The notes under the pieces are model-generated. The model ran no database searches. It saw only the letters and a list, made by a program, of their open reading frames with translations, and had not been told where the DNA came from. This document shows positions 28,562 to 37,248 of a stretch of DNA of 64,000 bases, piece after piece. How positions within the stretch are numbered: the first letter of the stretch is position 1; each line of letters opens with the position of its first letter. The stretch lies in the IMG/VR virus record IMGVR_UViG_3300046368_000651, positions 1-64,000 of that record. One strand, 5' to 3'. The position numbers and the translations under genes are program-made. The stretch is from an uncultured virus (IMG/VR IMGVR_UViG_3300046368_000651) (Duplodnaviria > Heunggongvirae > Uroviricota > Caudoviricetes).

Positions 28562-28645
28562 TGGTGCGGATGGAGAGACTCGAACTCTCACGCCGTGAAG
28601 CACAGGTACCTAAAACCTGCGTGTCTACCATTCCACCACATCCGC
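28562..28645 (-). tRNA. tRNA-Leu(UAG)
   Basis: Long variable arm, CAGGT-TTTAGGT-ACCTG anticodon arm, ACCA end. Confidence 0.95.
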
Positions 28646-28647
28646 TA

Positions 28648-28723
28648 TGGTGCCTGTTGAGAGACTTGAACTCCCGACATGATGCTTACAAAGCACCTGC
28701 TCTACCAGCTGAGCTAAACAGGC
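28648..28723 (-). tRNA. tRNA-Thr(UGU)
   Basis: GCCTGTT/AACAGGC acceptor stem, loop TTTGTAA, ACCA end. Confidence 0.95.
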
Positions 28724-28724
28724 T

Positions 28725-29093
28725 TTATTTATTTCGACCTTTAAATGTGTCTGTCTGTGAATGACAGTTAGGACACAACAGTCGGAGATTACTTGGCACA
28801 TTGTTCTTATTGTTGCCATCTATATGATCGCACTCTAATACAATGTCTTTGCCGTTATGCTTGCTAATACCACAGCACTCGCAAGTGTAACCTCTTTCAC
28901 GGGCTAAGTACCCGCTTTTGTCTTTAATCCAACCTGGAATGTTATTACCCCAAGTATAGTCTTCGTTAAGCCATCTGGTAATTCTGGCTTCTCTTGTGGC
29001 AGCACCTTGGCAAGCATTGTTACAATACTTGTTAGTGTTTTGCCTAACCCATACATTCTCTTTGCCGCAGTGTAAACAGTTATAAGTTTTCAT
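28725..29093 (-). CDS. HNH homing endonuclease
   Basis: CECC...LECDHIDGNNKNNVPSNLRLLCPNCHSQT; N-terminal CxxC...YCNNAC. Confidence 0.9.
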   Translation of the reverse strand: MKTYNCLHCGKENVWVRQNTNKYCNNACQGAATREARITRWLNEDYTWGNNIPGWIKDKSGYLARERGYTCECCGISKHNGKDIVLECDHIDGNNKNNVPSNLRLLCPNCHSQTDTFKGRNK

Positions 29094-29139
29094 TGGTGTA
29101 ATACCTCCAATGTATTTATCACTGCTCTACCTTTTCTGC

Positions 29140-29164
29140 ACCAGCTGAGCTAAACAGGCTTTAT
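29140..29164. repeat. 25-bp direct repeat of 28704-28728 (tRNA-Thr 5' end) flanking the HNH gene
   Basis: accagctgagctaaacaggctttat is identical at both positions. Confidence 0.9.
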
Positions 29165-29235
29165 CTTTTTACTCTACAAATTGGACAAAAATCATTATGA
29201 TCCAATTCAAATTTACATTCAGGACATTTATTCAT
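29161..29235 (-). CDS. 24-aa CxxC-CxxC microprotein
   Basis: MNKCPECKFELDHNDFCPICRVKR; AGGA upstream. Confidence 0.55.
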   Translation of the reverse strand: MNKCPECKFELDHNDFCPICRVKR

Positions 29236-29256
29236 AAAAATACTTATCCTGTATCT

Positions 29257-29347
29257 TGGCGGGCAGCCAGGGATTCGAACCCTGGGAACGCTATTAACGT
29301 TCGTCCGCTTAGTAGGCGGGTGCTTTAAACCACTCAGCCAACTGCCC
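29257..29347 (-). tRNA. tRNA-Ser(ACU)
   Basis: Long variable arm, G73 discriminator, anticodon loop CT-ACT-AA. Confidence 0.88.
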
Positions 29348-29352
29348 GTATT

Positions 29353-29571
29353 CTATTCAGTAGGAAACTCTACTACCGTATCGTCATCATTACTAACTAT
29401 TGTTAGCATGGGTCTACTGTTGTTGTTATTTGCTGCTTCGTCTTCTTCTAACAGCTCTTCTAGTATGTCTGCAACTTGTTCATCTTCGAAGTGCAAATAC
29501 TTTTCAATAATATCTAAACGGCTATCAATCTTATACAGCAATTCTAATATTTCATCAGCTTTAAAACTCAT
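29353..29571 (-). CDS. Acidic hypothetical protein
   Basis: 72 aa ORF. Confidence 0.55.
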   Translation of the reverse strand: MSFKADEILELLYKIDSRLDIIEKYLHFEDEQVADILEELLEEDEAANNNNSRPMLTIVSNDDDTVVEFPTE

Positions 29572-30062
29572 TTTGCTGAAATACTTACATTTACAGGAAT
29601 ACGATCGCCTACATTATACGAATTATATGTATAGCTTTTGCCAACTACACCATTCCATTCATAACGAATGCGATAGTTTTTAATTTGACGTTCAGTAGTA
29701 TAACGATTTTCTTGGTAACATTGCTTTTCACGTTTGTAGCCAACAATGCCACGTTTTCCTTGATTATTATCAGCAGCAATAATACCGCCTAGCACTGCAC
29801 CTGCGGCAGCACCATTGTCTTTACCAGTAACACCTTTACCTAACAGTCCACCAATAATCATACCACCTAGCACATCAGCGCCGCTTGCGCCTCCGCCGGT
29901 GTTGCCATAGATAGGAACTTCAACATCGTTACAAATTGTAACAGGTTGATTGGTTGTTACTTCTTGATAGTTAGCTGTGACGTTAGTAATAGTAGCATAA
30001 TTTTCAGCAGACGCTTGTGTAGCAAATGTTGCAATTGCGGCTGTAGCAAGTAAGTATTTCAT
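29568..30062 (-). CDS. Exported glycine-zipper 2TM protein
   Basis: Signal peptide; GGMIIGGLLG...GAAAGAVLGGII. Confidence 0.75.
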   Translation of the reverse strand: MKYLLATAAIATFATQASAENYATITNVTANYQEVTTNQPVTICNDVEVPIYGNTGGGASGADVLGGMIIGGLLGKGVTGKDNGAAAGAVLGGIIAADNNQGKRGIVGYKREKQCYQENRYTTERQIKNYRIRYEWNGVVGKSYTYNSYNVGDRIPVNVSISAK

Positions 30063-30089
30063 AATAACCTCTGTTTTGTTTATACAAAC

Positions 30090-30118
30090 AACATAGCACA
30101 TTTATGTGCTGTTGTCAA
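30090..30118 (-). promoter_or_regulatory. sigma70-type promoter
   Basis: TTGACA-N17-TATGTT; palindrome GCACATAAATGTGC in the spacer. Confidence 0.55.
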
Positions 30119-30119
30119 C

Positions 30120-30647
30120 CTAAAAATGCATTTCGTCTTGTTTTATTTTTGGAGTACCAGTAAGCTGTATAGCATATCTATTCTGCATACTAAAATTATA
30201 TACAGCATGTGGATCTCCGTTGTCCCAACTGATCCAATCTCCTGCTTTCCATTCTCCAAGTGTAACATCACATGCTTGCGATACTTGTCCAGGTACACTA
30301 TCTTCTAGCATAATAACATGTCTAGTAATAGTTTGGTCTGTTAATCCGTGAAAGGTTTTATACTTGCCATACAGGTCTCCGTGTACAGGCAAGTATTGCC
30401 CAGGCGTGAACAAGTTTATTGCTACACTTACATTTTCTAAATCAAACTGCGGTACAATATAATCAAACACAACATTAGGAAAAGGATTGGGTTGAAAGTA
30501 ATTCCACAGTGTCATATACATTTTACTGTGTCCGGTACTAGCAAATTTGTTTAGTAACGCATCGTCTTTATGCGTATCAAATTTGTAGTCTAATGCCTTA
30601 AACTCTTCGATGTCCCACGAAGGATTTATGTGTCCGCTGTTAAACAT
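30120..30647 (-). CDS. 2OG-Fe(II)/cupin-type oxygenase-like protein
   Basis: PGQYLPVHGD (HxD) and H...N.....R...QLTG motifs. Confidence 0.65.
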   Translation of the reverse strand: MFNSGHINPSWDIEEFKALDYKFDTHKDDALLNKFASTGHSKMYMTLWNYFQPNPFPNVVFDYIVPQFDLENVSVAINLFTPGQYLPVHGDLYGKYKTFHGLTDQTITRHVIMLEDSVPGQVSQACDVTLGEWKAGDWISWDNGDPHAVYNFSMQNRYAIQLTGTPKIKQDEMHF

Positions 30648-30897
30648 TTTGATGCAACTTTATATTCAATACAAAATTTTCAACCAGTAGTTTTACAATA
30701 GTACTCATCATAATTGGTTCTTTGAAATTTTCTTCAACACCACCGAATTGCTCAATTACACTACTAGCCATAAGCTCGTATGCCGTTTGTTCATCAATGT
30801 TCATAGCTTGCCAATCAATAGGATCTGTGATCTCTACTTCTCGTGCTAAGTCAGCCAATTGTTTTACTGCTTCAGTCATTGTAATTTTTTCTGTCAT
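30640..30897 (-). CDS. Hypothetical protein
   Basis: 85 aa ORF. Confidence 0.6.
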   Translation of the reverse strand: MTEKITMTEAVKQLADLAREVEITDPIDWQAMNIDEQTAYELMASSVIEQFGGVEENFKEPIMMSTIVKLLVENFVLNIKLHQNV

Positions 30898-30901
30898 ATT
30901 A

Positions 30902-31156
30902 TTACTTACCTATTGGTTCTTGGTTTATAAATTTTTCTGGCATTGCTTGAACAAAACAATTAAGATCTATACGATGTTCGAATAAAAATGTATGTTCATA
31001 AACATCAGTGTATTCAACTATATCCCATTGATGTTTCATCAACTGTACTTTGCACCAGTCTTTACCTTGTCTCTGGAGATCGCTGTGTAACCGCACTCTA
31101 TAGTGATGATGCTTTTGCCATCGTTTTTTGTATTCAAAAATTTCTATAGGTGTCAA
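30902..31156 (-). CDS. Hypothetical protein
   Basis: 84 aa ORF. Confidence 0.6.
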   Translation of the reverse strand: MTPIEIFEYKKRWQKHHHYRVRLHSDLQRQGKDWCKVQLMKHQWDIVEYTDVYEHTFLFEHRIDLNCFVQAMPEKFINQEPIGK

Positions 31157-31374
31157 TGTATAGTTCCATAGCTAGTTTCATCATTTGCATCAACGTCCCA
31201 GAAGTGTTTGATAACATCTGTAATTGCGTTTGGCACTTCGTCTTCTTCAGAACCCGAAGGTATCCATATGCCCTTTAATCTACCGTCTTTGCTCATAATA
31301 AGAGCATAGTCGTCCTCTTCTAAAGTGTCTTCAAGTCCTAAAAAATCGTGATTGTGTTCATTGTCCATGCTCAT
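31153..31374 (-). CDS. Hypothetical protein
   Basis: 73 aa acidic ORF. Confidence 0.55.
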   Translation of the reverse strand: MSMDNEHNHDFLGLEDTLEEDDYALIMSKDGRLKGIWIPSGSEEDEVPNAITDVIKHFWDVDANDETSYGTIH

Positions 31375-31543
31375 TCCATTTCATAATTTCTGTCTCGCCA
31401 TCTGATCTTTTGCGATAGCGTAGAAACCCATTGTCCATTAGCGATTGAATAGTAGCGTCGATAACAACTTCTTGTTTATCTTTGCCTAGTATATATCCTG
31501 CAAATGATCCAATAAGATACGTTCCGATAATCCAATATATCAT
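31358..31543 (-). CDS. Small protein with N-terminal transmembrane segment
   Basis: 61 aa ORF. Confidence 0.55.
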   Translation of the reverse strand: MIYWIIGTYLIGSFAGYILGKDKQEVVIDATIQSLMDNGFLRYRKRSDGETEIMKWNEHGQ

Positions 31544-31550
31544 AATGTAT

Positions 31551-32243
31551 TTACTTTCTTAGCTTTACATAGTTTAAACGAGTCATGGGCAAATTAGTAT
31601 TACGCTCGAGGTCATATCCTTTTACTTTGGCTGCAATTTCAAAAGTTTTACCAACAGTATACATTTCATTTTTAGTAAAGCAAACAAGATCTTTACCAAT
31701 AGCGCCAAAATGCAAATAAGCAGTGCCGCCATTAAAACTATCTGCAAGTGGAATAAGTTTAAGAATTTCTACTTCACCTGTAACACGTTCACCAACTGTA
31801 CTAATATTCTTACTATCAGCAAATTCAGCTTTGTAACGTAGTTTTAATTCTTTTTCAGCTAGTTCACGATCAATAAATGCAGGCAAATAAGCAATAAGTC
31901 CTACACGACTAATGTTTGTTTGTTCAGCACTATATGCTGAAAACAGATCTGATTCAAACTGTGGCAAGTCACCTAGTGCCAGCATACTGTATCGACGCAT
32001 ATGCTTTTCACCTTGCTTGGCAGCTTCACGATCTTCGTCGGTGATTACAATTGGCGTAAAGTCTTCAGGTTTCCAATCAGAATTTGCTGTAAATGTAATA
32101 AGCTCTTTATTACTCCATGTGGTTGGCTTCTCTTCACTGTAACGGCGTGTGTTCTTTTCATATCCGTTGTTTGTGCGGTAAGCTGCATATGCTAATGCAA
32201 TAATATCCTCAGTAGGATGCATGTTAGTGTTCTGTACTTCCAT
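31551..32243 (-). CDS. Hypothetical protein (possible C-terminal OB-fold)
   Basis: 230 aa with GAGG ribosome-binding site and its own promoter. Confidence 0.6.
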   Translation of the reverse strand: MEVQNTNMHPTEDIIALAYAAYRTNNGYEKNTRRYSEEKPTTWSNKELITFTANSDWKPEDFTPIVITDEDREAAKQGEKHMRRYSMLALGDLPQFESDLFSAYSAEQTNISRVGLIAYLPAFIDRELAEKELKLRYKAEFADSKNISTVGERVTGEVEILKLIPLADSFNGGTAYLHFGAIGKDLVCFTKNEMYTVGKTFEIAAKVKGYDLERNTNLPMTRLNYVKLRK

Positions 32244-32275
32244 GGTGCGCCTCGTTTTGTTTGTGCCTATACACT

Positions 32276-32304
32276 AATATAGCATACAGACACACTGTTG
32301 TCAA
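32276..32304 (-). promoter_or_regulatory. sigma70-type promoter overlapped by an inverted repeat
   Basis: TTGACA-N17-TATATT. Confidence 0.65.
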
Positions 32305-32858
32305 GCTGATTCATACACAACTTTGTTCTCTTTAGTTTCAAACAAATAATTCCAAACACTAGGCACCATTGTTTGCTTATTACGATCGTTTGGATCTTGG
32401 GTATTTCCTACAGGAATTATGCCAAACTTTGCCTTACAATCTCGAAACAATTTCTTTTCACATTCAATTGTAGCACTGTTAAAAGAATCTACTATGATAT
32501 TACTAGTATCCCACAATTCTAAAATAACATTATCTTTGTGTACTTGTATATCAGTAAACTTATCTTCAAAAAGTTTGACAACCACTTGCATATCAGAACC
32601 AAAGTCGCCTGTTAGGGCATTGTGACCAAAGCCATATAAGTTGCCACATTTGCGATACACCCTGTCGCCTATATGCGCTCCTTCGCTCATTCCAATATTC
32701 ATAATGTATTTTACATTCTTATCCTTCACATGGAATGCATAGCAATATTTGCCTAGGTTATTTGCTTTCATTATACGTAGTACCTCCGCAGGCGTCGATA
32801 CTTCATCTAAGAATACCCTATAGTGCGGTTTGTTAAGACTTATCATTTGTTTCTCCAA
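32301..32858 (-). CDS. Hypothetical protein
   Basis: 185 aa; YCYAF...NIGMS...R is weakly GIY-YIG-like. Confidence 0.5.
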   Translation of the reverse strand: MEKQMISLNKPHYRVFLDEVSTPAEVLRIMKANNLGKYCYAFHVKDKNVKYIMNIGMSEGAHIGDRVYRKCGNLYGFGHNALTGDFGSDMQVVVKLFEDKFTDIQVHKDNVILELWDTSNIIVDSFNSATIECEKKLFRDCKAKFGIIPVGNTQDPNDRNKQTMVPSVWNYLFETKENKVVYESA

Positions 32859-33159
32859 TTAATCCATCGTAGGTGTTTTCTATTTCCCACTCAAGCCACT
32901 GTATGACTTGTTCAGTAGATACAGTCTCCCGTATCCACTCATATTTTCCTGTAGTTGTTTGGAACAAGTGATCCCAAAACTCGCCTTTGATACGATCTTC
33001 CAAGTCTTCGATATGGTTGCTAGGACCTGCATAAAGTTTTAACCAATTAACTTCAAAGCCGTTGTGTCCTTCGTACTTGCGTTTACGAGTGTCGGGGTTG
33101 CTTGTGATGCCATAGCATGTACGGCCTAAGTGATTAGTCCATATGTACAGGTAACGCAT
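32833..33159 (-). CDS. GIY-YIG-like protein
   Basis: YLYIW......CYGITSNPDTRKRKY...E..I......EW pattern. Confidence 0.55.
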   Translation of the reverse strand: MRYLYIWTNHLGRTCYGITSNPDTRKRKYEGHNGFEVNWLKLYAGPSNHIEDLEDRIKGEFWDHLFQTTTGKYEWIRETVSTEQVIQWLEWEIENTYDGLIGETNDKS

Positions 33160-33160
33160 C

Positions 33161-34330
33161 TTAAATACCGTTGTATTTGTTGATGTGCTGGTCTGGCAAG
33201 ATTGGAAAGTCCAAGTTGTTTGCATCACAGTAAGCATAGAAGTCTAAGATCAAAATGCTCAACAAACAGTTGTCGCTCCAGCCGCCTGGCAAGTCATGCG
33301 AACGATTAAACTTCTCCAAACGATTCTTTGCTTGCTTATGAAACTTGCTTGGCGATGCGTATGTAGTCTTGAAGAACTGCATCAGTGCATCCTGCCACTC
33401 ACGTGTAACAGTTGTTTTGTTTTTACGTGCAAGTTTAGCATAGCGTCCTAGAGCTAGGATAAAGCCGCCGTCAACACCTTTTTCATTTGCAAAGTATTGA
33501 TTGTGCAAGTTCAATGCAAAGTCTAAGTCGTTAATTGCAACATCAAAGTTATCGCTTTCCATTTCAGCAATTTTATTAAGTCCTGAAATGTATGTTACCA
33601 TGCCAGGCTTAGCGCCTTGGCCACGTGCTTCAACTGCTGGGCGTGTATACATGTTTGCGCCTTCTACTACGCTCTGAATACGCTCGGCATGTAAATCTTC
33701 TGTAAGTGTACTACCATAGTTACGTACACCACTTACACGACTCTTGTGCATGTAATAAGGCTCAACTGCTTTACGTCCTTTGTAATTGATCAAACGGAAC
33801 AAGAAGTTACCAAATGCTTCGCCTTTAGTATTGTTGCCTGGTACTACTGCAAGTGCATCTACAACTTTACATGCAACTGTAAAGTCTTTTTCAATCATAC
33901 CAGCTTTCCACAACAAGTACAATGCGACTGCTGTATGTTGACCCTCTGGAATACTATACCGTCCATTGGGCAATTTAATACTGTTTACAACCTGTACTGC
34001 TCGCGGATCAAACGATTCAATAATATGTGCTACGTGATCCCAATCGACATCACGTTGATTGTCTACGTTAATATCCAACAGTTCAAATGCTACAAACTCA
34101 ACACCACCAAAGTCTTTGGTTGTATAGGTACCATTACAACGAGCTCGCAAGCTGTTGATTGCATCTGTAATAAGTTTTTGTGTTGGGGGTGTTTTAGTTG
34201 GGCTAGTACGTGTTTCAAGATCTTCGTATAAATCTTTATCCTGATTACGTTCCATCAAGTTTTGAATTTTAGCAACACTAAAAGGGTTACGCTTAGGCAG
34301 GTTTGCCCGTGTTTCAAGTTTAACTGTCAT
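33161..34330 (-). CDS. ParB/Srx-fold (DGQHR-like) protein
   Basis: NQRDVDWDHV..I...FD...GRYSIPEGQHT. Confidence 0.55.
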   Translation of the reverse strand: MTVKLETRANLPKRNPFSVAKIQNLMERNQDKDLYEDLETRTSPTKTPPTQKLITDAINSLRARCNGTYTTKDFGGVEFVAFELLDINVDNQRDVDWDHVAHIIESFDPRAVQVVNSIKLPNGRYSIPEGQHTAVALYLLWKAGMIEKDFTVACKVVDALAVVPGNNTKGEAFGNFLFRLINYKGRKAVEPYYMHKSRVSGVRNYGSTLTEDLHAERIQSVVEGANMYTRPAVEARGQGAKPGMVTYISGLNKIAEMESDNFDVAINDLDFALNLHNQYFANEKGVDGGFILALGRYAKLARKNKTTVTREWQDALMQFFKTTYASPSKFHKQAKNRLEKFNRSHDLPGGWSDNCLLSILILDFYAYCDANNLDFPILPDQHINKYNGI

Positions 34331-34392
34331 TTTGTCTCTCCATTTTGATTCGGTTAAGAATTGCGTAGGGCTGTTATGCTTCCTACTATTAA

Positions 34393-34421
34393 GTTATAGC
34401 ATAGTTAAATGCTGTTGTCAA
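34393..34421 (-). promoter_or_regulatory. sigma70-type promoter
   Basis: TTGACA-N17-TATAAC. Confidence 0.6.
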
Positions 34422-34429
34422 CCAGATAT

Positions 34430-34828
34430 TTATCTTTGTGTCCATGCTAAGTGAGATAATTCATTTTTTTCTGCCCAGCGAATAAACAAACCAGGCTCAC
34501 GTCCAGTTGCTTCGATCTCACTAGGCTTATCCCAGTAGTCCATACCTTCTTCATTGGTCTGTGTTAGTGTACCTTCTTCGTACTGCTTCACATGGACTAG
34601 TTCGTGTGCAAGTGTACACAACAATTCTCTTAGTTTTAGACTGCGTTTAAGATCAATTTCGTACTCACCTGCTTCAAGTTCAGTACAATACCCAAAGTTA
34701 GGATCGTTTGACATATTCCTAAAGTTAATTTCAACAGTAGGATTTATGCCAAACTTCTCACAAACAAAATGGGCCATGCTGAAAGCATAGTATTGCTGTC
34801 TTGCGCTGCCGCCGTTTACAGTAATCAT
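34430..34828 (-). CDS. HExxH metallopeptidase-like protein
   Basis: TLAHELVHVKQY...YWDKPSEIEA. Confidence 0.75.
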   Translation of the reverse strand: MITVNGGSARQQYYAFSMAHFVCEKFGINPTVEINFRNMSNDPNFGYCTELEAGEYEIDLKRSLKLRELLCTLAHELVHVKQYEEGTLTQTNEEGMDYWDKPSEIEATGREPGLFIRWAEKNELSHLAWTQR

Positions 34829-35079
34829 TGTGCCATCTCTATTAGTTTTAGTTTTAGCATTATAGCATTAACTGCATCAGGTGTCAATCCTGGAATAACA
34901 TCGTCGTCATCGTGTATTCCTGGCAACTGTACAAACATATCTTGATCAAAAACTGCTGCTTCGTACAAGGTCTTGCCTGGTAGTAAAACAACACTCAGCT
35001 GGTAGTTGCCAAACTGTTGTTTCGCTTGGAAATGTCCAGTTCTTACTTCATCAAAAGTTAATGTGTTAAACAGTTTCAT
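34825..35079 (-). CDS. Hypothetical protein
   Basis: GGAGG ribosome-binding site; promoter at 35105-35133 (TTGACA-N17-TATAAC). Confidence 0.6.
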   Translation of the reverse strand: MKLFNTLTFDEVRTGHFQAKQQFGNYQLSVVLLPGKTLYEAAVFDQDMFVQLPGIHDDDDVIPGLTPDAVNAIMLKLKLIEMAQ

Positions 35080-35134
35080 CTTACCCTCCTTGTTTGTTAC
35101 ATACGTTATAGCATAAAGATAGAGGGTTGTCAAC

Positions 35135-35350
35135 CTATAATCGTCGGGTAATACGCCCTTTTTCAAGATCATAAGGAGTCATTTCAACTCTTACATTATC
35201 TCCTGCTACCATTCTAATTCGAAATTGTCGCATTTTGCCGCTTGTGTAGCAGATTACCATGTGTTTGTTTTCAAGTTCAACTTTAAACGTTTGGTTTGGC
35301 AAAACTTCAATTATTGTGCCTTCAAATTCTAAGATACCTTCTTTAGCCAT
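35135..35350 (-). CDS. infA: Translation initiation factor IF-1
   Basis: [25 protein letters not shown]...SGKMR...IR...[16 protein letters not shown]. Confidence 0.95.
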   Translation of the reverse strand: MAKEGILEFEGTIIEVLPNQTFKVELENKHMVICYTSGKMRQFRIRMVAGDNVRVEMTPYDLEKGRITRRL

Positions 35351-35522
35351 TCTCTACCTTAGTTATAGATATGACTCCGCGTTCTATGTTTATCTTCAAC
35401 GTGTCTCCTGGTTGCCATCCCATCTGCTCAGATATTTCAGGTGGAATATTCATTAATACGTTTTCAGGATCATCTTCGATATCTTCAAAGATTTCCTCAA
35501 CTTTATACTCTCTATTTACCAA
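35343..35522 (-). CDS. AbrB/MazE-like small protein (59 aa, not in track)
   Basis: GGAGG ribosome-binding site and TTG start; [23 protein letters not shown]. Confidence 0.6.
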   Translation of the reverse strand: MVNREYKVEEIFEDIEDDPENVLMNIPPEISEQMGWQPGDTLKINIERGVISITKVENG

Positions 35523-35706
35523 AGTTATTCCTCCAAAACTGCTTTGCTTTTCCCATAAGATTCTTGGGCTCTACAGACACACCTCTGATAGCTGTGCTGT
35601 CGTTGTGCGTTGTATTTACAATTTCAACAGCATTGGCACTGCTATTTGCTTCAACAACATATGTTTTAGTATCTGTTTTAACTTTCCATTTCATTAGTTT
35701 TTCCAA
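35512..35706 (-). CDS. Hypothetical protein
   Basis: 64 aa ORF. Confidence 0.5.
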   Translation of the reverse strand: MEKLMKWKVKTDTKTYVVEANSSANAVEIVNTTHNDSTAIRGVSVEPKNLMGKAKQFWRNNFGK

Positions 35707-36374
35707 AAATAAACACTAGTGCCTTTGCCGTTGGTATCCCCGCCATTGTTGTCAATGTCTAGGCCATCGTACTCGATGCTTTCAACTGTATCGTCGCCGT
35801 TCCAATATTCGGTAGTATAAAATTTTAGTTTCTTAGGATCAAAACTGCCTACAGTTTCAATTATACCGTCAAAGAATGTACCTTTTTCACTGTTATAAAC
35901 TTGCATAACGTATGCTGGTTCGTCTGTTTCATCGTAACCCATTTCGACATCAAGTTCATTATCATCAACTAGTTCAGTTAAATCAACACCGTCAACTACT
36001 GTGTTAACAATACTTGATCCATATTCTCCATTTGCGAGCTCTTCAACTGTAATTCGAGCATGACTGTAGTCTACACCATTTTGATGTACTACTAGATTTT
36101 CTGCATCATACCACATATGGTGATAGCTAGGATCTTCTTTGTCTGCTAAAAAATCCATCTTAGGATCAATTTCAATCTCGGTGTCTTCAGGATCAAGAAT
36201 GTAGTTTACAACTTCGCCGTTGTCGTCTTCTGCCAAACTTTCCCAGTAGTCGTATTGATCTTTATTAAGTGAAAGATATCCAACTTCGCCACCGTATCCC
36301 CATAATGATACTTGGTAATAACGTGGACCTTTTAATGTTTCTACTAATTCTTTGTTTTCTTCTGATGTTGACAT
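35694..36374 (-). CDS. Acidic hypothetical protein
   Basis: AAGGAG ribosome-binding site; consensus promoter upstream. Confidence 0.65.
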   Translation of the reverse strand: MSTSEENKELVETLKGPRYYQVSLWGYGGEVGYLSLNKDQYDYWESLAEDDNGEVVNYILDPEDTEIEIDPKMDFLADKEDPSYHHMWYDAENLVVHQNGVDYSHARITVEELANGEYGSSIVNTVVDGVDLTELVDDNELDVEMGYDETDEPAYVMQVYNSEKGTFFDGIIETVGSFDPKKLKFYTTEYWNGDDTVESIEYDGLDIDNNGGDTNGKGTSVYFWKN

Positions 36375-36392
36375 TTTTTTCTCCTTTAGCTT

Positions 36393-36421
36393 ATTATATA
36401 GCACTATTATTCGTTTGTCAA
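36393..36421 (-). promoter_or_regulatory. Consensus sigma70 promoter
   Basis: TTGACA-N17-TATAAT, back-to-back with a plus-strand ATAAATA at about 36424. Confidence 0.8.
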
Positions 36422-36458
36422 GCATAAATAGATGTATAAGCAAAGCGTGAGGGCGCAC

Positions 36459-36737
36459 ATGGATTTTTTAAGTTTAGTAGGCGATGTAGGATTTCCAATA
36501 GCAGGATCGATAGCAGCCGGCGGGTTTGTATTCCTAACATTGAAGTTTATACTTGCAGGAGTTACTGGCGGTGTAACTACACTAAAGAACATTATTGGAC
36601 AATTGGATAATAGAGTACAGACAATGAATAACGATCTTGTTAAGATTGATGCATTACTTAGTTACGCACTAAACGTAAGACCAAACATAGATCGTATAGC
36701 AGCAAACGAAGGAAAAGAAGATGCCCGAAGGGACTGA
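36459..36737 (+). CDS. Membrane protein, paralog of 36916..37248
   Basis: VGDVGFPIA...LDNRVQTMNNDLVKID. Confidence 0.7.
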   Translation: MDFLSLVGDVGFPIAGSIAAGGFVFLTLKFILAGVTGGVTTLKNIIGQLDNRVQTMNNDLVKIDALLSYALNVRPNIDRIAANEGKEDARRD

Positions 36738-36915
36738 TGACAAAGGCAAGTTAGAACTTGCAGTAAGAATTTTAGGTAACGAACTAGTTGCTTTTAGAAT
36801 GGACGTAGACGATTTCAAAATGAAATGGCTAGTTATGGGCGTAGTTGCTATAGTAGCACTAGGATGGACTGCCGGAGAGTTTGGTCCAGCACTCATAAAC
36901 ATGTTTGGAGAATAA
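36721..36915 (+). CDS. Small membrane protein
   Basis: 64 aa with a C-terminal TM segment. Confidence 0.6.
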   Translation: MPEGTDDKGKLELAVRILGNELVAFRMDVDDFKMKWLVMGVVAIVALGWTAGEFGPALINMFGE

Positions 36916-37248
36916 ATGGAGTTTGATCTAGCCAAAGCAGTTAGTGACTATGGGTTTCCTATTATTGCTGCTATGGGTATGGGTTACTTTATCTATTTTA
37001 TATGGAAATGGGTTACTGAAACAATTGATCCTGTTATAGGCGAAACAATGGGTACACTTATTAAACTAGTAGACCGTATTCGTATGCTAGACAACGATTT
37101 AATTAGACTCAATAGTAAACTCAGTATGGTACTTGAATATAGAGCCAAACTTAATCCCGCACGACAAGATGAATTACAAAGGTTAGTTGATGAATACAAA
37201 CATTCTGCAGCAGAATCAGACACGACAGGCAAAGCGCCCAAAAAGTAA
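36916..37248 (+). CDS. Membrane protein, paralog of 36459..36737
   Basis: VSDYGFPII...LVDRIRMLDNDLIRLN. Confidence 0.7.
   Translation: MEFDLAKAVSDYGFPIIAAMGMGYFIYFIWKWVTETIDPVIGETMGTLIKLVDRIRMLDNDLIRLNSKLSMVLEYRAKLNPARQDELQRLVDEYKHSAAESDTTGKAPKK

Noticed and set aside
28037..28819. Track ORFs 28037..28264, 28475..28660, 28561..28764 and 28625..28819
   Set aside because: They overlap tRNA genes or the candidate ncRNA and have no recognisable protein features.
29257..29347. Amber suppressor tRNA (CTA appears in the loop) or stop-codon recoding
   Set aside because: The 7-nt loop is CT-ACT-AA, so the centred anticodon is ACT. Long genes are intact in the standard code.
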